DNA of 64,000 nt from a virus: the IMG/VR virus record IMGVR_UViG_3300045988_085140; one strand, 5' to 3'. Both the position numbers and the translations under genes were made by a program. Positions 52,850 through 61,157 of the stretch are shown piece by piece; the first letter of the stretch is position 1; each line of letters starts with the position of its first letter. The notes below the pieces were generated by a model, which was not told the origin of the DNA, searched no databases, and saw only the letters and a program-made list of their open reading frames with translations.

Positions 52850-52893
52850 CAAATATAATATGAAAAGTGATAAAATGGATATTATCCGTTAAC
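52850..52893 (-). promoter_or_regulatory. Late-type promoter P6: GTTAACGGATAATA-N22-TATATTTG
   Basis: Read on the minus strand. The upstream element overlaps the stop of gene 52882..53145. Confidence 0.55.
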
Positions 52894-53145
52894 TTTGTCT
52901 TTCCGCTTGGGTCTACCATTGCGGTTGCCATACTTGGTGATGATGGCAGATGCTCGCTCTGAGCGGTAACAGCCACATGATTTGGTTCGTCCGTCACGAA
53001 GAGCAGCACCTAGAACCGTACAACCTCTGCCACAATCACATTTGCATATCCAGAACGCACCATGCTGGTGGTTCTCTTTATCAGATTTTCGGCAGACGAG
53101 TAATCTGCCGAAACGCTGTCCAGTAAGGTCTATCAACTTTCCCAT
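52882..53145 (-). CDS. Zinc-ribbon protein (LTGQRFGRL...CKCDCG...SCGC family)
   Basis: 87 aa from MGKLIDL. Cys pattern is common in phage DNA-binding and HNH-associated N-domains. Confidence 0.5.
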   Translation of the reverse strand: MGKLIDLTGQRFGRLLVCRKSDKENHQHGAFWICKCDCGRGCTVLGAALRDGRTKSCGCYRSERASAIITKYGNRNGRPKRKDKVNG

Positions 53146-53146
53146 A

Positions 53147-53443
53147 CTACTTCTCTGCCATTTTCTTTGCCTCTTCAACTGATACTGGCTTTCCGCTAAG
53201 AGGAATGCGGAAGTCGAACTTAGAACGGAAACCATAATAGCCTACGAAATCGAAGCTCTGTTTCATACGCTCGTCTGTGGTGATGTACTTCTTGTAAGCC
53301 TTCACCTCCTTCTCTGAGCGGTAGATGGTAGAGTTGACGAAGTAGGAACTGGTTCCCTTGTTAGCGATAACTGCAATAAAGAACTGCTTACCAAGGAACT
53401 TTTCCTTGATACGCTGAATGATTGAAATTTTCTTTGTATTCAT
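53147..53443 (-). CDS. Hypothetical protein
   Basis: 98-aa ORF. Confidence 0.4.
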   Translation of the reverse strand: MNTKKISIIQRIKEKFLGKQFFIAVIANKGTSSYFVNSTIYRSEKEVKAYKKYITTDERMKQSFDFVGYYGFRSKFDFRIPLSGKPVSVEEAKKMAEK

Positions 53444-53497
53444 ATATAAAATTTGATTAATTATTAAGAAGAATGCAGATAGGCTGCACTCTTAAAA

Positions 53498-53689
53498 CTA
53501 TTCGATTCCACAAGATACGATACCATCTTCTTTGTTGATACCTCGGAAGTGCTCGCATCGCTGGCAAGCAAGGCTACCTACATATAGTATTTCGTTGGTG
53601 TACTTGCCTTGGATGCCGAATGGGCAGGGAGTTATGTACTCGAAGTGCCCACCGACATATTCGTTAACGATATATTTAGGATTCTTCAT
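53498..53689 (-). CDS. Small Cys-rich (zinc-ribbon-like) protein
   Basis: 63 aa with five Cys: a lone PCPF, then CQRC, then a C-terminal VSCG. Confidence 0.4.
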   Translation of the reverse strand: MKNPKYIVNEYVGGHFEYITPCPFGIQGKYTNEILYVGSLACQRCEHFRGINKEDGIVSCGIE

Positions 53690-54258
53690 TGGTTGCTTTG
53701 GTATGTTTCAAGATTTTTGTAGAATTTTCTTATGATGGGAAACATGCTTATCTTATCTCTGCCACATGATTTCGGCTCAGTGCAGAAACCTCTATAAACA
53801 CATTGAGGAACACAAGCGGATGCAAGCAAAGGTTCAATTCGTGCCACCTCGTCAAGAACCTTATACCACACCTCTCTCGTCTCCTCGGATGCCTTGTTGC
53901 AGAGTCTCAACTTCGAGATATTGATAATCTCCTGAGCATTGAGGGATAGCTGCAAGTTGACCAAATCATCCTGACGCATATCGTGACGTGATACCTTGGA
54001 GCCAGTAATATCTGGTCGTGATGTGGAGACGAATGGCTGTGCATGAACATGGCGAACAAAGTGATTGCTCACCCAATATGGTATGCCATACATCTTAATA
54101 TCGAACTCCAATTCTCTGAGCGGTGAATGCTCGCTGAGAATCATCTGTTTCTTAAACTCATCGCTAGGCTCATGTCCCAGCGGTTCCTTACCTTGTGTGA
54201 ACCGAGCAGCATCCACAACTCGCTGCCAGTCCGTTACTCTTTTGATTTCTATTTTCAT
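53686..54258 (-). CDS. thyX: ThyX-like (flavin-dependent thymidylate synthase fold) protein, divergent
   Basis: AARF...SEHSPLRELEFDIKMYGIPYWVSNHFVRHVHAQPFVSTS aligns by eye with ThyX AAR...HETPFEH..F.F.....FRHR.......S. RHR is replaced by RHV. Confidence 0.5.
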   Translation of the reverse strand: MKIEIKRVTDWQRVVDAARFTQGKEPLGHEPSDEFKKQMILSEHSPLRELEFDIKMYGIPYWVSNHFVRHVHAQPFVSTSRPDITGSKVSRHDMRQDDLVNLQLSLNAQEIINISKLRLCNKASEETREVWYKVLDEVARIEPLLASACVPQCVYRGFCTEPKSCGRDKISMFPIIRKFYKNLETYQSNQ

Positions 54259-54353
54259 AATCTATTTTACTTTCGTGAATAATATCCTATTATAAACCCT
54301 ATAGCAGTCGTACAAGAAAAAAGAAAAATGTCAAATAACAATTCAGCCATAAG

Positions 54354-54722
54354 CTATTCCTCCTTTCCGCTATCCACATCATTCTCTCCAAGAATATCTT
54401 TGATTTCCTTTTCGATGAACTCATCAGAAGCTAGTTCCTTAAGAAGTTCATCTATATCAGGTAACTTTGCATCAACTCCGTCTTCTTGATTTTTGGAGGC
54501 AACATATTCCTTTAGTGCTTTTACCCATGAACTATTAGCCATATCTGCCAATGAATCCTTTTTGCTTTCATAGGCTTTCTTCAACTCTCCGTTGTCACGG
54601 AAATATCTGAGCACTTCCGTCAAAGAGAGAATAAAGTTCTTTTCAGCAATCGGGTTACTCTTTGCCTCTTCCAGTTTTAGCATCAGGAAGAGTAATGATG
54701 CATGTAATTTTGTTTTGTCCAT
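54354..54722 (-). CDS. Acidic hypothetical protein
   Basis: 122-aa ORF. Confidence 0.4.
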   Translation of the reverse strand: MDKTKLHASLLFLMLKLEEAKSNPIAEKNFILSLTEVLRYFRDNGELKKAYESKKDSLADMANSSWVKALKEYVASKNQEDGVDAKLPDIDELLKELASDEFIEKEIKDILGENDVDSGKEE

Positions 54723-54724
54723 AA

Positions 54725-55006
54725 CTATTCTTCGTTACATAAAGTTTCTACTACCTTTGTTCTTGTGGTTTTTGTTGCAGGGTCATATTCGTTATGAATA
54801 GCTTTTGCCACACCTTTTTTGTTGGTAAAATAAACAACTCTGCCACCATCATAGAAACGATATACGGTTATACCATCCACAACAAAAAGCTTCTCTACTT
54901 TAATTTCATTAATAGAGTCTGATGTTGGAACATTAATTCCTTTGTTCTCGTTGCAAGAAACGAGCAGGAATATAACCGATACAAATAATAATATAATCTT
55001 CTTCAT
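54725..55006 (-). CDS. Small lipoprotein
   Basis: MKKIILLFVSVIFLLVSCN lipobox. Confidence 0.5.
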   Translation of the reverse strand: MKKIILLFVSVIFLLVSCNENKGINVPTSDSINEIKVEKLFVVDGITVYRFYDGGRVVYFTNKKGVAKAIHNEYDPATKTTRTKVVETLCNEE

Positions 55007-55009
55007 ACG

Positions 55010-55366
55010 CTACTTCTTTTTATCCAGCCATTGCATAACATTATAATAGGAAACATCTTTATACGACCTTAATGTTACATCAAAATTGCCATCTTTAAAA
55101 TAATCAGATAAATCACCTCTCCAATAACCATTTATGAGTTTCTCTCGTATGATACTTGCAGTTTCATTAATACAACGCTTAATGAGTTTCTGCTGCTCCG
55201 CATTCTTGTTGTAATGAAGAAGCGAACATGATGCTCGTTTGAGCCATTTCCACCACTTTGATTTGAACTTCTTTACTTCTATCCTTTCGGGAAGTTCCTC
55301 TCTTTTCGTGTGCATATCAATGAGCTTGTTATACTCTTCTATGCTAATTGTTATTTGTCTTTCCAT
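55010..55366 (-). CDS. Hypothetical protein
   Basis: 118-aa ORF. Confidence 0.4.
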   Translation of the reverse strand: MERQITISIEEYNKLIDMHTKREELPERIEVKKFKSKWWKWLKRASCSLLHYNKNAEQQKLIKRCINETASIIREKLINGYWRGDLSDYFKDGNFDVTLRSYKDVSYYNVMQWLDKKK

Positions 55367-55369
55367 AAG

Positions 55370-55561
55370 CTATTCTTCTTTAAGTTCTACTGTCTCATCT
55401 TTCCAAGATAATTCTCTTCCGATGAGTTTTTTAATGCTACCTTTAGGTATTTCTATACATTTGCAAGAACCATAATCGTCTATTCAGCTATATACAGATT
55501 TGTGAGGCTCTGTTTCAAATATAAGTTCTGTACCAAAACTATTAACACATACCCATGCCAT
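55370..55561 (-). pseudogene. 63-codon small gene interrupted by an in-frame TGA (codon 26)
   Basis: Own translation: MAWVCVNSFGTELIFETEPHKSVYS*IDDYGSCKCIEIPKGSIKKLIGRELSWKDETVELKEE. TGA at 55486..55484. No ATG downstream of the stop. Confidence 0.5.
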
Positions 55562-55563
55562 AT

Positions 55564-55710
55564 CTATTCCTCCTTATCTTTTATTTTCTTAATCTCATTG
55601 TATAATTCCATAAGTTGCTTCTTGTCAACCCATACATCTTTGTCGGGGTCAATGAAGAAACCATATATAGAATACAATTCACCCTTGTCGTGTTTGTGTA
55701 TTTGAATCAT
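55564..55710 (-). CDS. 48-aa hypothetical protein
   Basis: Own translation: MIQIHKHDKGELYSIYGFFIDPDKDVWVDKKQLMELYNEIKKIKDKEE. Confidence 0.35.
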   Translation of the reverse strand: MIQIHKHDKGELYSIYGFFIDPDKDVWVDKKQLMELYNEIKKIKDKEE

Positions 55711-55713
55711 AAT

Positions 55714-56112
55714 CTATTCCTCCGTTTTTACACCGAAAGGAGTACCGTCAACAAAGGTGAAATCTTCAAACACTTCCTTAAAAGTACATGTACCCTCATC
55801 ATAAACTTCGACAAAACTTCTTGAATCTACTTTTTCAATAACGAATGCACTACCATTTCTGTCTTTTACCCACCCAAACGGCTGATGCTTTTGCATTTCA
55901 TTCCAGCATTCTTCTGCGTCCTTGAATGGACGGAACTTTGGTTCTGGCTTAATTCGGAACTTGAAATTTTTAATCATTCCAATAGGAAAATCTGTAACTT
56001 CTCTCCATGCTTTACTTACATCAGTAATACTAGAAAATTCGATAATCCTTCCTTCGCCAAACGCCTTAATAAATGGCGATAACTCTGCTGCTTCTTTACG
56101 ATTCATAATCAA
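55714..56112 (-). CDS. Hypothetical protein
   Basis: 132-aa ORF. The ATG at 56106 is more likely than 56112. Confidence 0.4.
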   Translation of the reverse strand: MIMNRKEAAELSPFIKAFGEGRIIEFSSITDVSKAWREVTDFPIGMIKNFKFRIKPEPKFRPFKDAEECWNEMQKHQPFGWVKDRNGSAFVIEKVDSRSFVEVYDEGTCTFKEVFEDFTFVDGTPFGVKTEE

Positions 56113-56246
56113 TCCTCCAATTCTTTAAGTGCATCCTCAATATTGCCCATTGCCTTCCAAAGAAGGTTATGCTGAGTAGCACCACCTTTATTGTACTCGT
56201 CAAGCTGACTGTATGCTTGACTTAATAATTCCTTAATCTTACTCAT
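56109..56246 (-). CDS. 45-aa hypothetical protein
   Basis: Own translation: MSKIKELLSQAYSQLDEYNKGGATQHNLLWKAMGNIEDALKELED. Confidence 0.3.
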   Translation of the reverse strand: MSKIKELLSQAYSQLDEYNKGGATQHNLLWKAMGNIEDALKELED

Positions 56247-56374
56247 CGCTTATCCTCCTTTTTTCTGTTTCTTTCTATATGCTTTAATTGCGTAATACTT
56301 ATGTTGCCATATCGTTTATACATACCTTGGAGATATACAATATAGCCAGCTAATGTTATTTTACTTGCATCCAT
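56243..56374 (-). CDS. 43-aa hypothetical protein
   Basis: Own translation: MDASKITLAGYIVYLQGMYKRYGNISITQLKHIERNRKKEDKR. ATGA overlap with the next gene. Confidence 0.3.
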   Translation of the reverse strand: MDASKITLAGYIVYLQGMYKRYGNISITQLKHIERNRKKEDKR

Positions 56375-56386
56375 ATTCTCTTCTTT

Positions 56387-56548
56387 TTAATCTTTGCTCT
56401 CAAGAGCAAGTCCAATTAGAAATAATCCAGAACCTAGAACAATAGTGCCAAGTTCCCAACATACCGAAAATAGTGCATAAAATAAAGCAAAAAATACTAA
56501 AAAAGCACCAACTATTTCACATAAATAAGCCAATTTCTTTATATTCAT
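56387..56548 (-). CDS. 53-aa two-TM membrane mini-protein
   Basis: Own translation: MNIKKLAYLCEIVGAFLVFFALFYALFSVCWELGTIVLGSGLFLIGLALESKD. Confidence 0.35.
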   Translation of the reverse strand: MNIKKLAYLCEIVGAFLVFFALFYALFSVCWELGTIVLGSGLFLIGLALESKD

Positions 56549-56594
56549 ATTCTCTTCTTTTTACCCTCTCCCTTTTACAGGAGAGGGTGGTTAG

Positions 56595-56822
56595 TTACTT
56601 CTCAGGCATTGCGTCACCATTCAACAAGCCCATATCTGTCAAACGAGCAGTTAAAGCGAGGTAGTACTTCTTCATACCTAACGACTGCTCATTCATCAAT
56701 TTAAACTGATAGTCCCCAACTTTCTCACGGAAGCCATCTTTAGCTAAAGCTGCATTCAACTTTAGCCAACGGTCTTTCAACTCACTATGCTCATCGAGCA
56801 TTCTTTTCTGATAATCTTCCAT
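56595..56822 (-). CDS. Hypothetical protein
   Basis: 75-aa ORF. Confidence 0.4.
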   Translation of the reverse strand: MEDYQKRMLDEHSELKDRWLKLNAALAKDGFREKVGDYQFKLMNEQSLGMKKYYLALTARLTDMGLLNGDAMPEK

Positions 56823-56827
56823 ATTAA

Positions 56828-56974
56828 TTATATTTTAGAATGAATATTACTATTTCTATCAATTTCTGCTGGGTCATAACACCCATCTATTCTACACTTT
56901 TGCCCTTGCACAGAATATTTACATCTAATATTCTCAAAAACAGGACAAGGTGGGTTCTTTCTTTGTTTACCCAT
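56828..56974 (-). CDS. 48-aa Cys-rich mini-protein
   Basis: Own translation: MGKQRKNPPCPVFENIRCKYSVQGQKCRIDGCYDPAEIDRNSNIHSKI. Confidence 0.3.
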   Translation of the reverse strand: MGKQRKNPPCPVFENIRCKYSVQGQKCRIDGCYDPAEIDRNSNIHSKI

Positions 56975-57005
56975 ATTACTTATATTTATATCCTTTGCAG
57001 GATGG

Positions 57006-57158
57006 TTAATAAATCACAACACAATCATCAAATACTGATATACTATCAACATTCATGGGGTTCCCATTCTCTTGTGTACCATGAGAATATGGGAAGTTGA
57101 CTTCCATAGTCTTATCCTCTACCTTTGATAATTCGTTAATTAATTCTTCTACTGTCAT
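57006..57158 (-). CDS. 50-aa hypothetical protein
   Basis: Own translation: MTVEELINELSKVEDKTMEVNFPYSHGTQENGNPMNVDSISVFDDCVVIY. Confidence 0.3.
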   Translation of the reverse strand: MTVEELINELSKVEDKTMEVNFPYSHGTQENGNPMNVDSISVFDDCVVIY

Positions 57159-57183
57159 ATTCTATCTATTATGCCCGAAGGCG

Positions 57184-57420
57184 TTAATCACCATATTTAT
57201 ATAATTCTCCTTCACCACTTGAATCATACCCACAACAAGGACAAACCCATCCATCTATTATAACGGATTTTTTACACTTAGGGCATAAGCCTCTGACTTT
57301 ATTAAAACTTTCTAAAGCATATTGGCAAGCTTTCAAATACTCTAATTCATCTTCGTCAGCTTGATTATCAATAAGTGCATTATATTCATCCTTATCTAAA
57401 ACTACAACTTCTAATGCCAT
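57184..57420 (-). CDS. Small zinc-ribbon protein
   Basis: 78 aa. CPKC...CPCC. Confidence 0.4.
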   Translation of the reverse strand: MALEVVVLDKDEYNALIDNQADEDELEYLKACQYALESFNKVRGLCPKCKKSVIIDGWVCPCCGYDSSGEGELYKYGD

Positions 57421-57421
57421 A

Positions 57422-57802
57422 CTACACCTCCATTTCTGAGTTAAGTCCTAGACCGAAAAGAAGATGTTGTAAATCAGAAACATTTTCTACAGCTCTTAAC
57501 CATACAATAGAATTATTTACTACTTTATAAGCAACATAATTAGTACTACTTTCACAAAGTCTTATATGATAAGAATCATTAAAATAACCATCTTTATTCT
57601 TTTTCCATCCATTCTTCTCCAGAATCTCAGGAGTAAGAGGAATTGGTTTTATAGCATCCTCTCTAATCCAACCACATTCTCCATCTCTATAATAGAATAA
57701 TTTAGTACCTTTTAAATAAGAACTTGTAATTCTTATTATTTCTTTTTTGTGGTTATACACAATATCTCCTGGTATATACTTAGGATTAAAATTTATTACC
57801 AT
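57422..57802 (-). CDS. Hypothetical protein
   Basis: 126-aa ORF. Confidence 0.4.
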   Translation of the reverse strand: MVINFNPKYIPGDIVYNHKKEIIRITSSYLKGTKLFYYRDGECGWIREDAIKPIPLTPEILEKNGWKKNKDGYFNDSYHIRLCESSTNYVAYKVVNNSIVWLRAVENVSDLQHLLFGLGLNSEMEV

Positions 57803-57803
57803 A

Positions 57804-58037
57804 CTACTTTCCTTTTAAATGTTTGTACTTCTTTATGGCATCCTTCTTAGAAGCTGCCATAATCTTAACACCCTTGATGGTGAACTCATGCTATGCCTTT
57901 GGCTGGCACTTCTGCTTGTCAGACGGAATATTGCCTTTCGGAATAGCTAACGGTGTACCTCCAAAACACGCAGCGAAGTCACCTATTAGATAATCTAATT
58001 CAGTTTGCATTCCAATCATTGATAACAATCCATTCAT
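57804..58037 (-). pseudogene. 77-codon small gene interrupted by an in-frame TAG (codon 49)
   Basis: Own translation: MNGLLSMIGMQTELDYLIGDFAACFGGTPLAIPKGNIPSDKQKCQPKA*HEFTIKGVKIMAASKKDAIKKYKHLKGK. TAG at 57893..57891. The frame abuts both neighbouring genes. Confidence 0.5.
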
Positions 58038-58042
58038 ACGCT

Positions 58043-58249
58043 TTACTCCTTAACTTCTTTGAATATTACATGTTTTCCGTCAGAACGTTCTTCAGGTTCA
58101 CACAGAAATCCATCACCCCAACCATTATAGGTCGGGTTATAGCATGTATCATCATAGCCAAAGAAGCAATCATCACAGCCATTACAAACATCCTGCTCAA
58201 TAACTTCAAGTGTTACTTTTTCTCCAACTTTAAGTTCTTCCATAATCAA
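58043..58249 (-). CDS. Small Cys-rich protein, paralog of 59694..59903
   Basis: L.VGEKVTLEV.E...CNGC..CFF...C...C....RSDGKHV.FKEVK pattern is shared. Confidence 0.5.
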   Translation of the reverse strand: MIMEELKVGEKVTLEVIEQDVCNGCDDCFFGYDDTCYNPTYNGWGDGFLCEPEERSDGKHVIFKEVKE

Positions 58250-58407
58250 AACGCTATTCTAAAATCCTTGCCTTTCAAAGTAGGTCTCTTTTGGAGGACG
58301 AACTTCTCTAAATCTTCAAAATCTATCGGGAAGAGCGCACAATATTTATACTTTAATGTGCAGATGAATCTTCCGTTGAGCATTATATCAAATACAAATG
58401 TTTTCAT
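58250..58407 (-). CDS. About 52-aa hypothetical protein
   Basis: Own translation: MKTFVFDIMLNGRFICTLKYKYCALFPIDFEDLEKFVLQKRPTLKGKDFRIAF. ATGA overlap with the upstream gene. End coordinate is approximate. Confidence 0.3.
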
Positions 58408-58793
58408 TGTTCACCTCCTTCCTTTGGAAGTAAATCACTAATATAGAGCCAGCTAATAATATCATAATTAGTTCCAATATATTTGAAATCGTAATCATAC
58501 CATCCAAAATCGTGAAAAGATGATTGTTCTATTCTTTCTTCATCTTGAAACATCCCATGATTATGATGATAAACAACTCTTACCAAGCATGTTCTATTTT
58601 TATCAGGCTTTTCACTAGCAGGATGCCATAAATTCTTCAAGAACTCATTGATAGCCCACTTAGCACCTTCTTTGAAGCTATCTTTGCCCCTAAGACAAAT
58701 CATTTCTTCCTCAACCTCGCCACTATTGTATCTAGCATACTCTGTCTCAATATGCTTATTAGCAGCTTCTTCTATTTTCTTATCGTCTATCAT
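58404..58793 (-). CDS. Hypothetical protein (DUF551-like C-terminus)
   Basis: 129 aa. WHPASEKPDKNRTCLV motif. Confidence 0.4.
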   Translation of the reverse strand: MIDDKKIEEAANKHIETEYARYNSGEVEEEMICLRGKDSFKEGAKWAINEFLKNLWHPASEKPDKNRTCLVRVVYHHNHGMFQDEERIEQSSFHDFGWYDYDFKYIGTNYDIISWLYISDLLPKEGGEQ

Positions 58794-58795
58794 AA

Positions 58796-58981
58796 TTATC
58801 TTCCTTTCTTACTATTTTTATCCAATACCTCTTTAATCTCGAAATATTGAGCCTTTATAAATTTTTCCATCTCTAACTTAGTTATTCTACCAATAACTGA
58901 AATAGACCCATCCCTTACAGATACTGAGAAATAATCAGTATTGATAAAACTAATGTTAACATCTATGCTTTCATCATTCAT
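58796..58981 (-). CDS. Hypothetical protein
   Basis: 61-aa ORF. Confidence 0.35.
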   Translation of the reverse strand: MNDESIDVNISFINTDYFSVSVRDGSISVIGRITKLEMEKFIKAQYFEIKEVLDKNSKKGR

Positions 58982-58999
58982 ACCTAGTCCTCCATATCT

Positions 59000-59692
59000 T
59001 TATTCTTTGCCTAAAAGTTCTTCGTTGCCTATGTAAGGAATGCACTCCATGAAGGCAGCACCGCCAACCATTATATGAGCACCTTCTTTATTCTGATAGG
59101 CATACTGGAAGAGATTATAAACCTTCATATTGTAGCAAGCTGTGCTTTTGCAGAGGACATAATCTAATGGCTTGAACTCTGGCTGAGTCTTCTCAATTTC
59201 CAAGGTCTCCATGTTCAACTTGCCACCCAGTCTTTTCTCTATTTTGTGGATATATTCCTGAGCGTCTTCTTTGTTTGCTTTGTTGAACTCAGATGTTTGC
59301 ATGTAGTTTTCATTCTCTTCAAAGTTATTTATGTTACCCTCATTTTCCAATAGATAATTCTTACCATGGAAAGTTTTGTAGGTATCATCTTCAAACCCTT
59401 CGAAGATAATATGTACACTTCCATCTTTGTGAACTAGGATGTCTCCTTTCTTCCAACCGAACTTAGACCAGTCTTGCATTTCCTTTGATGGGAATAGCAG
59501 TATTTCTGATTCTTTATAAGCTGTATATCTACCATTATATAGAAAATCATTTGTTGTGGAATGATGCAGTACATTTATATCATTTCTTGCACCTATATGT
59601 GAAAAATATACATCACCATACAAAGGCGAATATAACTTTGTATTTACTGGCTTATCCTTTAGAATTTCCGCTACATTAATCTTTGTCTCCAT
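59000..59692 (-). CDS. Hypothetical protein
   Basis: 230-aa ORF. Confidence 0.4.
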   Translation of the reverse strand: METKINVAEILKDKPVNTKLYSPLYGDVYFSHIGARNDINVLHHSTTNDFLYNGRYTAYKESEILLFPSKEMQDWSKFGWKKGDILVHKDGSVHIIFEGFEDDTYKTFHGKNYLLENEGNINNFEENENYMQTSEFNKANKEDAQEYIHKIEKRLGGKLNMETLEIEKTQPEFKPLDYVLCKSTACYNMKVYNLFQYAYQNKEGAHIMVGGAAFMECIPYIGNEELLGKE

Positions 59693-59693
59693 A

Positions 59694-59903
59694 TCACTTC
59701 ACTCTTTTAAATTGAACATTTTTTCCGTCTTTTCTGTCGATTGCGGCACAACAAATATCTTTGCAGATATTTTCATAAATATTGCTGCTTATCTCGTCAA
59801 AGAAGCAACCATTACATTCTTCTGTCTCGCTTTCAACCACCTTTAAGGTGATTTCTGAGCCAATAGGTAAATCTTCCATAATTAATTCCTCATTATGTGA
59901 CAC
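59694..59903 (-). CDS. Small Cys-rich protein, paralog of 58043..58249
   Basis: LPIGSEITLKVVESETEECNGCFF...C..IC...DRKDGKNVQFKRVK. Confidence 0.5.
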   Translation of the reverse strand: MSHNEELIMEDLPIGSEITLKVVESETEECNGCFFDEISSNIYENICKDICCAAIDRKDGKNVQFKRVK

Positions 59904-60082
59904 TTAACAACCTTGTTTACTGCAAGAGGTTGCGATTTGTTAAAATTCTCGATGATATTGCGTTCCATCTGCTCAGGGAAGATGGGTTTGGTGGGCTTTG
60001 GAATGTAGATGGTAACTTGTAGCTTGCTGCCATCACTAAAAGTCATTAAGCACCTTCTTGAAATCTGTTCTATTCCAAACAT
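59882..60082 (-). CDS. Hypothetical protein
   Basis: 66-aa ORF. Confidence 0.35.
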   Translation of the reverse strand: MFGIEQISRRCLMTFSDGSKLQVTIYIPKPTKPIFPEQMERNIIENFNKSQPLAVNKVVKCHIMRN

Positions 60083-60094
60083 AATTTTATCCTC

Positions 60095-60712
60095 CTAATA
60101 TTTGCATCCGTGAAGATACGGACGTGATTCGTTATACTTCATTTTTAACTTGATGTACTCCATCAGGTCGATATTGTGATTGTGGGCGATTGCGAATACC
60201 CTCATGAGTATATCCTGAAGGGTATCTGATACAAACCAACTGCAAGACTCATTATCAACAAACCTACTAAAGTGTCCGTTGAGTCGGTACAAATCTTTTG
60301 CGATACTGCCTTTATTGATTGTGTTTTGAACCTTATATTGAATTTTGGCAACTTCATATTTGTCAGCAAGGCTAGAATCGCTTTTTAGTTTAATCAGCAT
60401 ATTGCTTTTCATCCATCCCAAGAGAGATAAGATACGAATGGCAATATCAGCGAACTCGGATTCAACCGTTCCTTCAAGAGCGTTCTTGTAGGCGGTAGGA
60501 ATATCTCTGCCCATCTGAATCTCGCTCTCATAGTCTTCGATACTTCCGTGACGATTTTTGCGGTCTGCCTGAACAGCTTCTGCCATTTCTGTGATGATGA
60601 GCATCAATGCGGTTTCTATTTCTGTGCTCTCATTATAAAAACCATGCTTGTAGGCATTCTCAAAAGCATCTCCTGCTAAGGATGCCAGTTCTTTCTGCGT
60701 TATAATTTTCAT
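60095..60712 (-). CDS. All-alpha NTP pyrophosphohydrolase (MazG-like) candidate
   Basis: ALMLIITEMAEAVQADRK and EFADIAIRILSLLG resemble MazG-type EExxE/D helices. Tentative. Confidence 0.35.
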   Translation of the reverse strand: MKIITQKELASLAGDAFENAYKHGFYNESTEIETALMLIITEMAEAVQADRKNRHGSIEDYESEIQMGRDIPTAYKNALEGTVESEFADIAIRILSLLGWMKSNMLIKLKSDSSLADKYEVAKIQYKVQNTINKGSIAKDLYRLNGHFSRFVDNESCSWFVSDTLQDILMRVFAIAHNHNIDLMEYIKLKMKYNESRPYLHGCKY

Positions 60713-60727
60713 ATTGTTCTTGATTTA

Positions 60728-60940
60728 TTATTTTCTGATAGTGAATGCCATATCGTTGATGGTTCTGCACCAGTTTATCTTGCCTTCTGCGCATAACTCG
60801 TTGAGGGTTTGATAAGGATGCTGGAATCCTCTGTTGATGATTTCGGCTGTGAGGACGTGGGGCGGCACGATGTGGGCAGCTTCACGCTCTGCCTGAATCT
60901 CTGCGATGATGGCTAGGATTTTTTCTTTCTCTGTCTTCAT
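60728..60940 (-). CDS. Hypothetical protein
   Basis: 70-aa ORF. Confidence 0.4.
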   Translation of the reverse strand: MKTEKEKILAIIAEIQAEREAAHIVPPHVLTAEIINRGFQHPYQTLNELCAEGKINWCRTINDMAFTIRK

Positions 60941-61154
60941 TTGGCGAAGGTAAAAATGAGACGTGTGTGACTTCGGACTGGAACATTAATAGTTCCCACA
61001 TTCCGTTCAAGTCTTGTTGATACCACAAGCCATCGTGCATTGTTCCGATGATTGGGTTGCCTTTGTACCATATTACCATGGTCTTGTGGGTAAACATGGC
61101 TTTATGCGCTTTGCTGATACGCTTGCCTATCTTGATATATCCAAAAATATCCAT
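60882..61154 (-). CDS. Hypothetical protein (3' end uncertain; 59-nt overlap with the next gene)
   Basis: 90-aa ORF. Confidence 0.35.
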   Translation of the reverse strand: MDIFGYIKIGKRISKAHKAMFTHKTMVIWYKGNPIIGTMHDGLWYQQDLNGMWELLMFQSEVTHVSFLPSPNEDRERKNPSHHRRDSGRA

Positions 61155-61157
61155 AAG

